This document shows, in pieces, positions 52,632 to 64,000 of a stretch of DNA of 64,000 nt; within the stretch, counting starts at the first letter, position 1; each line of letters starts with the position of its first letter. Under the pieces are notes generated by a model. It made no database searches, had not been told where the DNA came from, and saw nothing but the letters and a program-made list of their open reading frames with translations. The DNA comes from Tubulanus polymorphus (taxonomy: Eukaryota > Animalia > Nemertea). The stretch is taken from positions 15,184,950 through 15,248,949 of the forward strand of contig NC_134029.1 in NCBI RefSeq assembly GCF_964204645.1, in the 5' to 3' direction. Both the position numbers and the translations under genes were made by a program.

Positions 52632-52700
52632 ATCGATGGAATCATGGTTCGTTCTCTAAATCGAAGTTGAGATCGCATCATTAAAAACCTTCCGCTCGTA

Positions 52701-53442
52701 GGGCTGGCATTGTCGGCAAGCAACGCGACGCCTACCGACGCAACTGGGTTTATCGCCGATTAGCGGCAACTAGCGGCCTACGAGAGGTTGCCAGTTGCTG
52801 CTCTATGGTTCGACATAAGCCGGCTTGCTACGCCTACCGACTCGTCGCAAGCCGTATCCGACTAGTTGCCCATGTTCTACTCCGACCTACGGTAGGCGGG
52901 CAGTTGCTTTCGATCGCAACCGACATAAGCTCATCTGCGACGCGACAGAACAGACCGAATATACATAGTACAAATTAGGCCAGCGTCATTTGTAATTAGT
53001 CATAAACTTTCAAATCCAAGTAGTTCAAAACGTAAACCAAACCTTCAGCACGGCAGATGACTGGACCGAAGATCTAGAAACGAAATTGGTAGAATTATGG
53101 TGTGGCGGCCATCTTTATATGGTGTCGCTAGCACATTGTATTCAAAACAGAATCAGAATGATGAAGATCTTAAAGAAATAGCTTTACTTACAGAAATATA
53201 TTTCCCACTAATTCAAAATACCTCAAATTATTATCAAGATGCTAATCACGTGACCGCGAGCCGTTGCAGTTGCCAGTAATCGTTACCAACATAAGCAGGG
53301 AAGGATCTAGTGTCCCGCTAGTCGGCCGCAGTTGCTGCGAATCGGTGCGCATTCGATAAAAGCTGGGCTGCGATCGCAATTGCTCTCAGTTGCGTCGGTT
53401 GGAGTCGGTAGGCGTCGCGTTGCTTGTCGACATAAGCCAGCC
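52701..53442. mobile_element. Non-autonomous Harbinger derivative with a MADF remnant
   Basis: TIRs ggctggc.ttgtcg.caagcaacgcgacgcctaccgac. The internal sequence reads WTEDLETKLVELW..RPSLY (~53060-53120). Confidence 0.75.
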
Positions 53443-53869
53443 TTTGAAGGCACCAATATCGTCATAAGAGTGGACTTTTGCCCAGAGATTGCGTCGCTTG
53501 TCAACCAATCAATCAATTAATCAATCAATCAATTTATTCCAAACTGTATGAAAAAGTCTGGACTTCCAATGGCAGCGTCATCGGGATAGACAAAAAGGAT
53601 GGCAAGAAGAAAGTGTTTCGATTATTCCAACCACTTCTAACATAAACTAAAACTGTACTAGTTATCGAGCTTCAAGAACTGTAACATGTATCTGAATCAT
53701 TGCGTAATTAAGCGTGTGTGTAACCTTTTTTAGTTACTCGACTGTTGCATTATCAATTGGTTACCTTCGTCTCGCTCACTTCATTAATACTTACAATACT
53801 TACTGATATTTACAATATGTCTTGTATGTCATTCCCTCAGTGTTATTCTCCTCATATTGATTATGGCAC

Positions 53870-54120
53870 GTCTCACCATTGATATGTACGGTAACTTATT
53901 TAATGCAGTATTTGCAAAGGAATCTTTTCCGGAAATCTGTAAATCAGGACTTGTCTCATGTATCTTTATAAATGAATCAGATCCGAATAATCATCGCCCA
54001 TAACTTTGCTAAATACACCATCAAAAAGATATGAACGTGTTATTTACGAGCAACTTTTCCAACACCTCGATCATGACCTATGTCGGTAATATTTGACCAC
54101 CATGGTTTTCGCGACAAGAC
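53870..54120 (+). pseudogene. LINE (CR1/L2-like) reverse transcriptase fragment
   Basis: DPNNHRP(I)TLLNTPSKRYERVIYEQL...HGFR. Confidence 0.65.
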
Positions 54121-54690
54121 TGGTAATAAGATAAAAACCCACTGTTTACAAATTAAAATAATTCTAAAATCGAGAATTTATTTATTGATACAATCTAAGA
54201 ACGCGACGTTCACAGTTTCGTTCTCTGGACGGGCTAGAGGTAAATATTTTACGTAATTATCAGGCAACTGTTGAAATTGAGGCGCTAGTGGTGCTGCAAA
54301 TTGCACAACCAATATCCATGGGTGATAGAACCCTACTTAGAAATTACAATACTTACATGACTTAGATTTGGCTCATCCAATCGATGAAAATGAAACTTTT
54401 TCGGTAGATATTAATTGGGTCTGATTTTTTTATTGTGCATTTGTTCTCGAAAACAAGATATAATAATTTCAACAATGGCCCTACCGCCATAGAATCAAAG
54501 GGCGGATATTTTGTCTGTAACCCTTTCGATAATTGTTGTCAAAACACTACTTCGTCCTCTTTCAGTATGTTGACGCCTGACGAAGACGTTGACGTTTCAA
54601 AATCATATGACTTCTGCACACTTTGAGTCGCTTGGTATTCAGCATCCAGGGGCCGGTTGCTCAAAAGTTGGTTATCTTTGAAGTTCCTAA

Positions 54691-55279
54691 GGCCAAAAAA
54701 AGATGTCTTGTTTCTCATGATTTTGAAATCCCACCCGCATCGGAAAAATCATCGGCAAATTAGCGATAAAAATAAAGTCCGCCCTCCCGCATCATAGCTC
54801 GAAAATAAATTTGTTTTTTATAAAAATTAAAATCCGCCCGCCCGCATTGATATAATACGCATATCTTCATCTTTTTATCATTTTATTTCTCTATGAACGT
54901 ATCGAGAAAAGTTGATCGTATAAATATCATCGGCACCACACTGGTGACTCGAATCCATATCAACGGAGTCGGTTAACGTAGGCCTAAATGTCAAATGCCA
55001 AGGTCGCTGTGGAGCTTGATTTCTGGCGTGCTTATTTCGAAGCGATTTCTCTTGGTAAAATAAAAAAACTACCTCCCGCATCTGAAGAGAATATGTCAGA
55101 GGGACATTTTTATTGATATAATAAAAATAAAAAGACACCTCCCGCATCTCCAAAAAAAATTCAAACAGTTCTTTTTATTTCTACTTTTTTTTAAAAAAGT
55201 ACATAAAAATAAAAACCGCCCGCCCTCGTCATGGTAAAAAACAAAAGTGTGATGAGAAACAAGGCATCTTTTTTTGGCC
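54691..55279. mobile_element. PIF/Tourist-like MITE with TAA TSD
   Basis: taa|ggccaaaaaaagatgtcttgtttctcat...atgagaaacaaggcatctttttttggcc|taa, with ccgccc subterminal repeats. Confidence 0.88.
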
Positions 55280-57399
55280 TAACGACTCGTTAGTTAACAT
55301 CCACGTTATAAAGTGTTGCTCAAACAACCGTTAGGAGAACCATTAGCTAACGAGTCGTTTAAGTTCCTTAAACAGTCGTTAGTCGACTACAAAATAGCTC
55401 CTGACTTGTCATCAGTTCACAAAAATGGCGTATACATCGAGATACTGTCGACTTGAGAATCTTGAAAGTATGACCGATGACCGACATAAATGCCCACTTG
55501 CTAGATAGCGCAGCGATATCAAGACAATTTCATGGGCGCTCAGTGCTCGATTTCTGTTGGTTTCTCTTCAATCAACGTTGAACGACATAGATACATCGCC
55601 CGTCTTACTTTAAAGTCTTATTTCTCAGTTATGGCTTTACTAAAATCAGAATTAGTAACACACTTATCATTTATACACATATCACATTAAGAAAATCCGT
55701 TTTACACAATATTCTATTTACAGGGCACATGACCTATAAGTAAAATTGCTTAATTGTGTTTGTAATGACAAATAATATGTTATAATCAGGACTCTATGTA
55801 ATGTTTATTTGTCATTGAGAGATTTTATATTGCAATTTTTTTGAAAATGATCTCAATAAAGTTTGAATAAGTTGGACAACCATTTTTTGCCTTCTCCGTG
55901 AAGTTTTGATGTGGCTGTTATTGATCTGTTTTTAAGAGGTATTCAGTGATGTGCAGTCTGAAACCGGAGTGGTTGGATAGAGCATCAAACATAAACCTCA
56001 AAAGGAAATATAGCTGCCAAGCAGCGATGACGGGTTTTCTGCAAAGGCATTCAGAATGATGGGAATTGTAGTAAATAAAAATGAAATATCGATACATAGA
56101 ATAAAATGCATTGACAGATTCGGACCTAATATGCAACCACTGTGTAAACGTCAAATATGATACAGCTTTGAAACCTAACATACGCGGACGTACAATCAAC
56201 TAATATTAATTTATTTGACCAGGCATTTATTTTGGCATTCAAACATCATGATACTGTATTATCACCATGCTTAAAAATGGATCTGTCCTATTAAGAACTC
56301 ACCTTAAGCACCTGCTGAGTCGATAGATTGAGTGAATTTACAGATAAGAACGTATTATGATTTAGAATAGATTTAAGAAGTTAATGTTTTTATTGAAATA
56401 TTTGAATAAATACATATTGTAGTGTAGATTCAATCAATAAATTATGAATTGATTTGGTCTGAGTTTCGGGCTGATGTTGATTTTGGCTTTTATAGATTAC
56501 AAATTCTATAGTTATAAACAATGGATACCTGCAACATGTGTGTAAATCAAACCTATTCCACTAGTTGTGTGTGTTTCCTAATAAACGGGAGAGTCACTCT
56601 TGATCTGAGTTATTAGAAAAATAATGTTCATTTAGTTATAGAAATTCATTGCCTTTTTGGAAATTCTGTAATAATATTTGTTCTGTCCTAATTTTTATTA
56701 CTGTATGAACCAATGATATGCTTTGTAAATATGATGTAATAAAATAAATATGAATTTGAATTAAATTTGAACATGAGAATCAAGCATAACTTGTGTTTTT
56801 TCAACTTGTCTTACTTGTCTTTTGTTAACAGTTCCAGAGTTTCAATAACAATCAAATCCAAATTGGCTAAGAAGTACATAGGACTAAATGAAATGAACCG
56901 TTAGTTACTGCAAACCAGTGTTATGTCGATCGTGTTGAATCACTTTCCTTGAGTTGAAAGAATCAGATCTTCTATGGTGCAACATCGGTCGAAGAGAGAT
57001 ATCTTCATTGGTGTTGACTGCCCTTGACCATCTAACTTCTTGCGTTTGACATTGGAATCAGCATCATTCCCATTTGAACTGCAAAATATTCATACAACAT
57101 GAAGACCTACAGTACATGTATACTGTAATCAAACTTTCACCGATGTTGGATATTTGAATGAACGTTGGGCTTATTTCAGTATTCTAAAGCAGGAAATAAT
57201 AAGCCCAATCAATATGCCTATTGATATAATAAGAACAGCTGTACCGTACACTTATCAGTCAAGATTGGAAAAACCGGAACAACTTCGTAATTCAAATGGT
57301 AGCCTATTGGCTACTAGGAACTCACGTACAGCGTTAGTAGGGAACTCACGTCAATTAAGCTATGGGGATCACTATACAGTCACATACGGGTTACAACTT

Positions 57400-58222
57400 C
57401 GTATTCAAAATGGTATTGCCTACTATAATAGGCCTATAGACAAAAAAATACCGGTAGGCTTTCTTAGCTTCCACACTTCACAACCGAACCAACTGACCAA
57501 CCAGTATATTTAGTCCCAGTGCACACCAACCGGCACAGGCCTAACACTGTTTGTCAACTGTGTGTACCGTAGTAGGCTATCGATAATCACCTGATACTTT
57601 TCTGCCGTTTGTTTTCTCTCTGAGACGAACGTAATTCTAGTAGCCCTACGCGACTTAACGACCTTGATCTAAACTTGATAAATTCAAAATCTGTTTATTG
57701 ACGCTTTTGGTTACATGAACTGATCAGCAATATACTTAAATGAAATAACCGGAATAACAAGAAATCAAAAATATTAAAGAGGTAACAAACAAATGCCCGT
57801 AAACCTGTCAGACACGCGAACGCCGGACTCGTAAACTCTTGGACTCGGACCCGCTGAGCAATAAATTCATAAAATTGACTTTGAAATTGATTGTGGAGAA
57901 GAGAAGTATTATTCGATAGCTCTTCCTCGAAAAGAAGAGAGAAATGTCAGAAAGAAAACACAACATGGCTACTAATTGAACGGAGCCAAATTTCCGATGT
58001 TTACGGCTCGACAGTGCCTTTATAACGTGGATTTATCAAAATTCCCATGCAGTATCTGGAGATTGAAGTGAGCTGAAGGATATCATACGGATTGTATCGG
58101 CGACAGCGGTAAGGTAAGGAAGCCTTTACACTTTTAACAAAAACTGTGTGGAAAAGGGAAAAAAAGAATTAATCACGCGAATTTCAATAGGGTTTTCTGT
58201 GAAGAAACAGAAAACCCTAATT
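57400..58222 (-). mobile_element. Inverted, Harbinger-free copy of the 45755-46315 + 50472-50770 repeat
   Basis: Direct reverse-complement match across the insertion site. Confidence 0.88.
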
Positions 58223-58738
58223 ACTAGCAAAAAGTTTCAGCTCATGTGGATCTTTGGAAAATAAGCCCAGAAAACAGGCATATTTTAAAATCACAACAAT
58301 ATCGAATTCTAAATTACATTTCAGCAAAAGTGGTGACATATATATTTCTTATACATGTAAATTTGCCTGCCCGGCAAGGCGGGACCTGTTCCTTTTCTCA
58401 AACTTGAACTTCCGATTATCTCGACGAAGTCTCAAGGTCCATAGACCTCTTGTTTGATTCCTTCAGTATAGTACAGCGATACTCTGCATCAAAGATTAAG
58501 TTGTTGATTGACGATATAATGAATTATCACATTCGGTCCAGTAGAATAGGACTGTTTTAATGAATTCGATGATCTGGTGTCTCGTAGGCCTATCTGGTAT
58601 CTGCTATTGAGCAGGTTTTAGGGTTTGCCCGTTTATCCCAGCTTTGTAACCATACGTTGAAAACAAATTGATGCACAGGAAACCAAAGATAAACATCTTG
58701 CAGATGAAACCGTTTTTTGCTAATTCGTACTCTTCTAG

Positions 58739-58936
58739 ATTTTCGAACTGGGCCGTGCTTCACACAAATCGAAAGAGGTAGATGTCAAGGACAAATGATT
58801 GGTATAACCTGTACACAATCTGTGTGTTGTGCAACAATCGGGAAGGCATGGGGAAATCCATGTCGCCGCTGTCAGCCGGAACCATCACCATGTAGAAGGG
58901 GTTTTTTACTAAACAAAAAGGAAAACATATGTATTG
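58739..58936 (+). CDS. FBN: Fibrillin exon: hybrid domain 1 (TB/EGF hybrid; 198 nt, phase 1-1)
   Basis: Acceptor ctcttctag and donor gtaaaa. Translation FRTGPCFTQIERGRCQGQMIGITCTQSVCCATIGKAWGNPCRRCQPEPSPCRRGFLLNKKENICI (9 Cys). Confidence 0.96.
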
Positions 58937-59143
58937 GTAAAAAATAACTTTTCTTAAGATATTTTTGATGTTAAACATTTATTTTCTTCATATCTTCCTT
59001 ACATTCATGAAGATGCTTATGCGGATAGAATTATAATTCAAGACTTGCATTCTAGGCACCGGGGCCTAGTAGATATATGTTCCATATATATTTTCTACAA
59101 AAGTATCGAATATATTCAAAACAATTTCGGAATAATTCGTGTA

Positions 59144-59854
59144 CAGTCTACCCTCGTTTATCCGCCAGCTTTAACAAGGTATTTTAGCGGATAATCGATT
59201 TTGACAAATATCTGAATTAGACCCGGCAGAAAAATAAATTAAAAAGTAGTCAAATAATGTATGTTTACAGATCAAGGAACCAAGGGAACGCACTGCCAGT
59301 GGCAATCATTCGTCTTTTGTTTGTATTTACACCGCTACTCGATCTATACACGCGCGCTACGTCCCACTCAAACAAAACAATAACAACTACAGCCTATATG
59401 TTTAGTTTTGTTTCGGTAAGTGAAAAATCGAACACAAATTACGGTAATCCCATACTCGTTTGCCACCCAAGCTTATGCCAACACAAACCCTGGCCACATA
59501 CCGTTCATTGGCCTATTACATGGCCGACGATTTTTTTGGACGAACAGGTACCCGCTCAGCGCCCACCAATTCGTATATCTAGCCGATCAGATGCGTTTTT
59601 ACCGGCACGACGTTTGCTCTATTAACATCACTGATCTGATTGGCTAGATAAATAAACTGGCCTGCGTTGGGTGGGAACCTATCCGCCGAAGAAATCGTAG
59701 GTGATGTAATAGACCAATGAAGCGCTTGCCTTGTGTGAGCGGGCGGCATTCAAACCCTGACAATGGAGGATGAGGAAAACGTACACAGGCGTTTTACGGT
59801 GGATAGCGAGGATGGCGGGTGGATAATTGAGGGTGGATAAATGAGGGTAGACTG
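59144..59854. mobile_element. Tc1/mariner (pogo/Tigger-like) MITE with TA TSD
   Basis: ta|cagtctaccctcgtttatcc...ggataaatgagggtagactg|ta. Confidence 0.88.
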
Positions 59855-60108
59855 TATACCAAAGGATGGCGGTTATAGCATGCTTCTTTGCTTTATTTAA
59901 ATTCATGCATCTTCAACTCCAAATTCAATTCACTTGAACTAGTAGCGAATTAAAATGAAGTGATCGGCTATTAGTACACGTTTGTATATTTTCCGTTTTG
60001 TATGATTTATCGGTTTTTGACGTAAAGAGAACTCGTTCCTTTTAGCAAACATCCTGGATCCTTATCGAAATCACAGGATTGGAATGATTGGATATATTTG
60101 CTTTTTAG

Positions 60109-60234
60109 ATATCGATGAATGTCTAGCTATTCCTCGCCTATGTATAGCGGGAAAGTGTATTAACACAGTTGGTTCATACAGATGTGTATGTGAGCAAGGA
60201 CAGGTTAAGGATCCTATAGCTGGGGGCTGCAGAG
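60109..60234 (+). CDS. FBN: Fibrillin exon: calcium-binding EGF 1 (126 nt, phase 1-1)
   Basis: Acceptor gctttttag and donor gtaata. Translation [42 protein letters not shown] has the cbEGF consensus. Confidence 0.95.
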
Positions 60235-62099
60235 GTAATATATCCATATACGCATTTTTTATTTATTTTCATCTATGTTCGTATCCGTCACATAACACAG
60301 AATTAACCTAGGAATTAAACCTAATGTAATTGTTGAATGAACTGATTTATTCTCTCTTTTAATATCACTATGATGTGTGGGATGATATTTTGTTAGTGGC
60401 AAATTGATAACGTTTGTGTTGTAAAGCCTTGAATTGCGGGTACCGTAATTTGAATAATTATGTTAAATATGATTTAGCCGATACTGGTTCTATTTTGTTG
60501 ATACTATTTAGAGCACATTTTCGGGGCTATAAGAATTAAATCCTTTTCATAATCGGTAGGAAATATTCATGTACTAAAATAAATTAGTGGTTATGTACGG
60601 TAATTGCTTTGTAAATTGAACCCATTTTATTCAGCTTTTTATGGCATAGATATTCTGTCAAAATGAAACATTAAATTTACCCGCCAATCTTTCATATTTT
60701 ACTCGTCAAACTTTCATTTTTTACCCGTCGAATATTAATGTTAATAAAATATGGAATTATTATAAATCAATGGGTATTATTCAATATGTAACAATTAATA
60801 TCTTGTTATATTTATATTTTATAACTTTTTTTATTGAAAATGGTATAAATTATAAATTAAAGAGAAGATTAAGAATTATTAAAAAATTAAAGAATTCTCT
60901 CTCCCTTCCCTCTCAACAACTTAGCAACTGTTATATCTTTTATTCTTTGATACAGTTTTTATTGTTTTGTGAATGTTTACTCCTCATTTATTATACATAT
61001 TTTTTATAAAAAATAAAATCATTATATTATATTTTTATATTCATTTTTTAAATCTTAATTGATTAGAAAACGTAGATAGTTTTATGATATTGAAATGATT
61101 ATGAAATGTGAAAACCATTTATATATATAAACATAAAAATAATGTAAAAATATAATATAATACTTAATCAGTTTATAAAGATTAAATTAAGCAGATTATA
61201 AAGATTAAAAATTAATTGAATTGGCATTGAATAAAAAATATTTAATAACAGATATCGAAATTATTGCAACAAAATATGGAAATAAATTTGTAGCACATTT
61301 AGAATATTAAGGTTTAAGAAATATCCATAAATTTAGAACATATTTACCAGATGGATTTAATAGATTATCAATTGAAGATAGAGATGATTCAAAATCAAGA
61401 ATATTTAATTCAATTTATAAAGAAAAAGATGAAAACGGACACCATGTTATGGATTTTGAATAAAAAATATTATAAAAATTTCTGAAATAAGAAAATATTA
61501 AAAAAATATTATTCAATATTACAATTCATATTATAGAATATTATTTTATTAGGGTTTTCACAGAAAACCCCATTGAGATTCGCGTGTTTCTTATTATCAT
61601 TATTATTTTATTGTCACACTATTTGCACTAAAAGAACATAGGCTTTGTTACCTTGCCACTTTCAAATATTCTTTGAGTTCATAACCACTCAATTTGCCTC
61701 TAGTTTCTTTAAGTCCTAATAATGTTTTTAAACTCGGGGTTGGTATTTTCGGCAATTCTTGAATCGTTGATTGTTTAGTTGTTATTATTTCGTCCACAAT
61801 TGTTACTAATTGTTGATAGTTGTCTAAAAGTTTCTTAAGCTTTTCGATAGTTTGGTCGTCTATCTCTTTTACGTTCTCTTGAGATGGTGTGTTAATATCC
61901 ATCGTTTCTGGTTCCTCTTCACTTTCTGGTGTTTGACTTGCAAATTGTAATTGACTTGCAATTGTATGCCATTTTATTAATCTAAAAGATATCTATCTAA
62001 CGTAAAATAGAATTAACTTATGAAGTGGTTGTTGCGAAATATAATCACTGCACTTAAATATATTCAAAGTAGCCCCTTTCCGATTTCTTAATAACTACA

Positions 62100-63300
62100 A
62101 AAACGGTACTTACATTTATAGCTGGAACCGAAAAGAATCTGTTGTGTTTGAAATTCTCAGTTTACAGGAAACCCACTTATTCTGGATCCTACTTGCATTA
62201 TTTTCCCTTTACCACTGATAGCATAAAAGTCGGTGTTGCTCAAGGATTATTTCTTCGTGCTTTAAGGCTTTGCGACCCCCTTTTTCTCGATGATGAACTC
62301 ACCCAGATCCCTTAATAAGTTAGCTTATCCTAACGACCTTTTGAATAAAGCTTTTTCGAGTACGTCACACCCATTTTTGTAATTATTGAGTTTTGCCCCT
62401 TCAGAAACAGCTCATCGTCGTACCTTTTGTTCCTTTTTTGGAAAAATCAAAACCCCCTTCATCTCCTTAACAAACAGTTCGTTTTCACTTACAATAATTA
62501 ACTTAGTCATAACTTAACTCACAATTCCAGCAAAACGGAACCTTTGAACATTATTGTATAGAAAATACATTGTAAAGTATGTAATAAAATATATATTGGT
62601 GAAACTGGGCGTGATTTGAACAAGCGCCTCAGAGAACATAAAATAACGTAAAAAATTTCAAACCTGAGAGAGGAGTAGCTAATCACGTTTATGAAACTAG
62701 TCACAATTTTGATTTTTATAATGCCGCTTTTATCTTTCCCTGTCCCGATAAAACCAAACGTCACATTATGGAATCTGCCCTTATTATTGAAAATATGGTT
62801 AAATGAGTTAATTCGAATAACGGTTTTTTCTTCACAATATTTTGATCTCTAAATTTCTCGCTTCACTTGTACCCCCACTAATATAATCCGTTAGCTTGTT
62901 TTTTTCCGTTTGACACTTCCACTCACTCACTACCTTACTCATTCCTTGATTATCCATTTGATGTTCTTGCCTTTTGTTTTTGTCTGATAACCCCTTAGTT
63001 TGTCTGCTTTTGAACCCTGTGGACTTTGTTTTTAGATTACTTTAATCTCGCACTACATCCCCTTAGTTTGTGGTTTGCCTTCTTTGTTTTCTTTCTTAGT
63101 GTTCCGGCTTTTGTTATTTAATTACTTTAATCTTAATCCTTTAATCTTTATCATTTGTCATATTCTTGTATAAATATCCTGTCATTTGATTTTGTTCTCA
63201 GTACCCCTGATGATGGCTAACAGTTGTAAGCCGAAACGTCGCTCCTCAAATACAATCATTCTGATATAGAATTTTTCAATCTTGGCTTCGTTATTGTGGG
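62100..63300 (+). mobile_element. Penelope-like element 3' remnant (RT C-terminus, GIY-YIG endonuclease, pLTR)
   Basis: VYRKPTYSGSYLHY at ~62160 and V*KIHCKVCNKIYIGETGRDLNKRLREHK at ~62555-62645. Confidence 0.85.
63204..63243 (+). ncRNA. Minimal type I hammerhead ribozyme core (degenerate stem I)
   Basis: CTGATGA-t-ggct[loop]agcc-GAAA-CGTC at the 3' end of the Penelope remnant. Confidence 0.7.
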
Positions 63301-63319
63301 ATTTCTCTCGTCACGGGTA

Positions 63320-63860
63320 TGGTATATTTAAGTGGTAATAAGATAATATAAAACTACCTAAGATTTTTTGTTTTTCAATTAGATATAAACAAAGATGATT
63401 TTATAAATTTGTTAGAAACAAAATTATAAAATTATAAAATATTATAAATATATCTGAAATTATAAATATTTAGAAAAATATTATCAAATGTTACAAAAGG
63501 TTTAAGTAATAATCACTAATTTAGAACATTTTTACCAGATAGATTTTGAATGATTTTTAATAAAAATTTTCTATGATAAGTGGATACTAACAACAAGAAA
63601 AATCATAGCCCATATGTAAAATTAATATAGATAAATCACAAAAATTTAGACATCTAAAACACATTTAGAAATAAATTGAAATTAGAATATAATAATGAAA
63701 AATGTAATCAATCATTTAGTGAAAAAATATACTATGATCAACATTTAAAATCTAAAATTCATATTAGAAATTTAAATAAGAATATTTTAGTTGAAGATTA
63801 TTTCGATGAAAATAATGATAAAAAACAAGAGACAATAAGGAAAATAAAAAATAAATTGAA
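63320..63860 (+). pseudogene. AT-rich virus/Polinton-like fragments including a C2H2-like remnant
   Basis: Homology to 35700-35980. ORF 63676 contains EKCNQSFSEKIYYDQHLKSKIH. Confidence 0.4.
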
Positions 63861-64000
63861 CAAGGTGCCCACGGGCACTGTTAGTTTTAGCGCAGAAGTT
63901 AGTGAATTGAAGTTGGAGTTAATCATATGCACCATAATAGACGATACATTGGTTTAGTAAGGTGCTCTATCAGCTTATACTTGACATAAAAGGAAATGCA

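Noticed and set aside
54575-54605. Possible second hammerhead (ctgacgaagac...)
   Set aside because: It lacks a properly placed GAAA box and stems.

Overview
AT-rich, intron- and repeat-dominated animal (probably invertebrate) genomic DNA. I see no prokaryotic genes, rRNA, tRNA or CRISPR arrays. The only host gene I can support is a fibrillin on the + strand, represented by five phase-1/phase-1 exons (EGF1 10145-10255, EGF2 33721-33819, EGF3 45098-45193, hybrid-1 58739-58936, cbEGF1 60109-60234). These total 630 coding nt spread over about 50 kb, and two of them are missed or misframed by the ORF track. The introns and the upstream part of the window hold many mobile-element remnants: a roughly 13 kb inverted-repeat complex, two copies of a Kolobok/Mutator-like transposon carrying a P2X7-ballast-like gene, a full-length Harbinger with an AAG target-site duplication, Helentron-type HINEs, many MITEs, a Penelope remnant with a hammerhead core, and scattered Polinton/virus-like fragments. 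The most striking item is a Polinton-type PolB fragment at 5307-5951 whose catalytic motif C is interrupted by what looks like the C-terminus of a homing-endonuclease intein. Two roughly 32-37 bp palindromic insertions with 7-bp TSDs resemble P-superfamily excision footprints. All family assignments come from motif recognition by eye, not from database searches.
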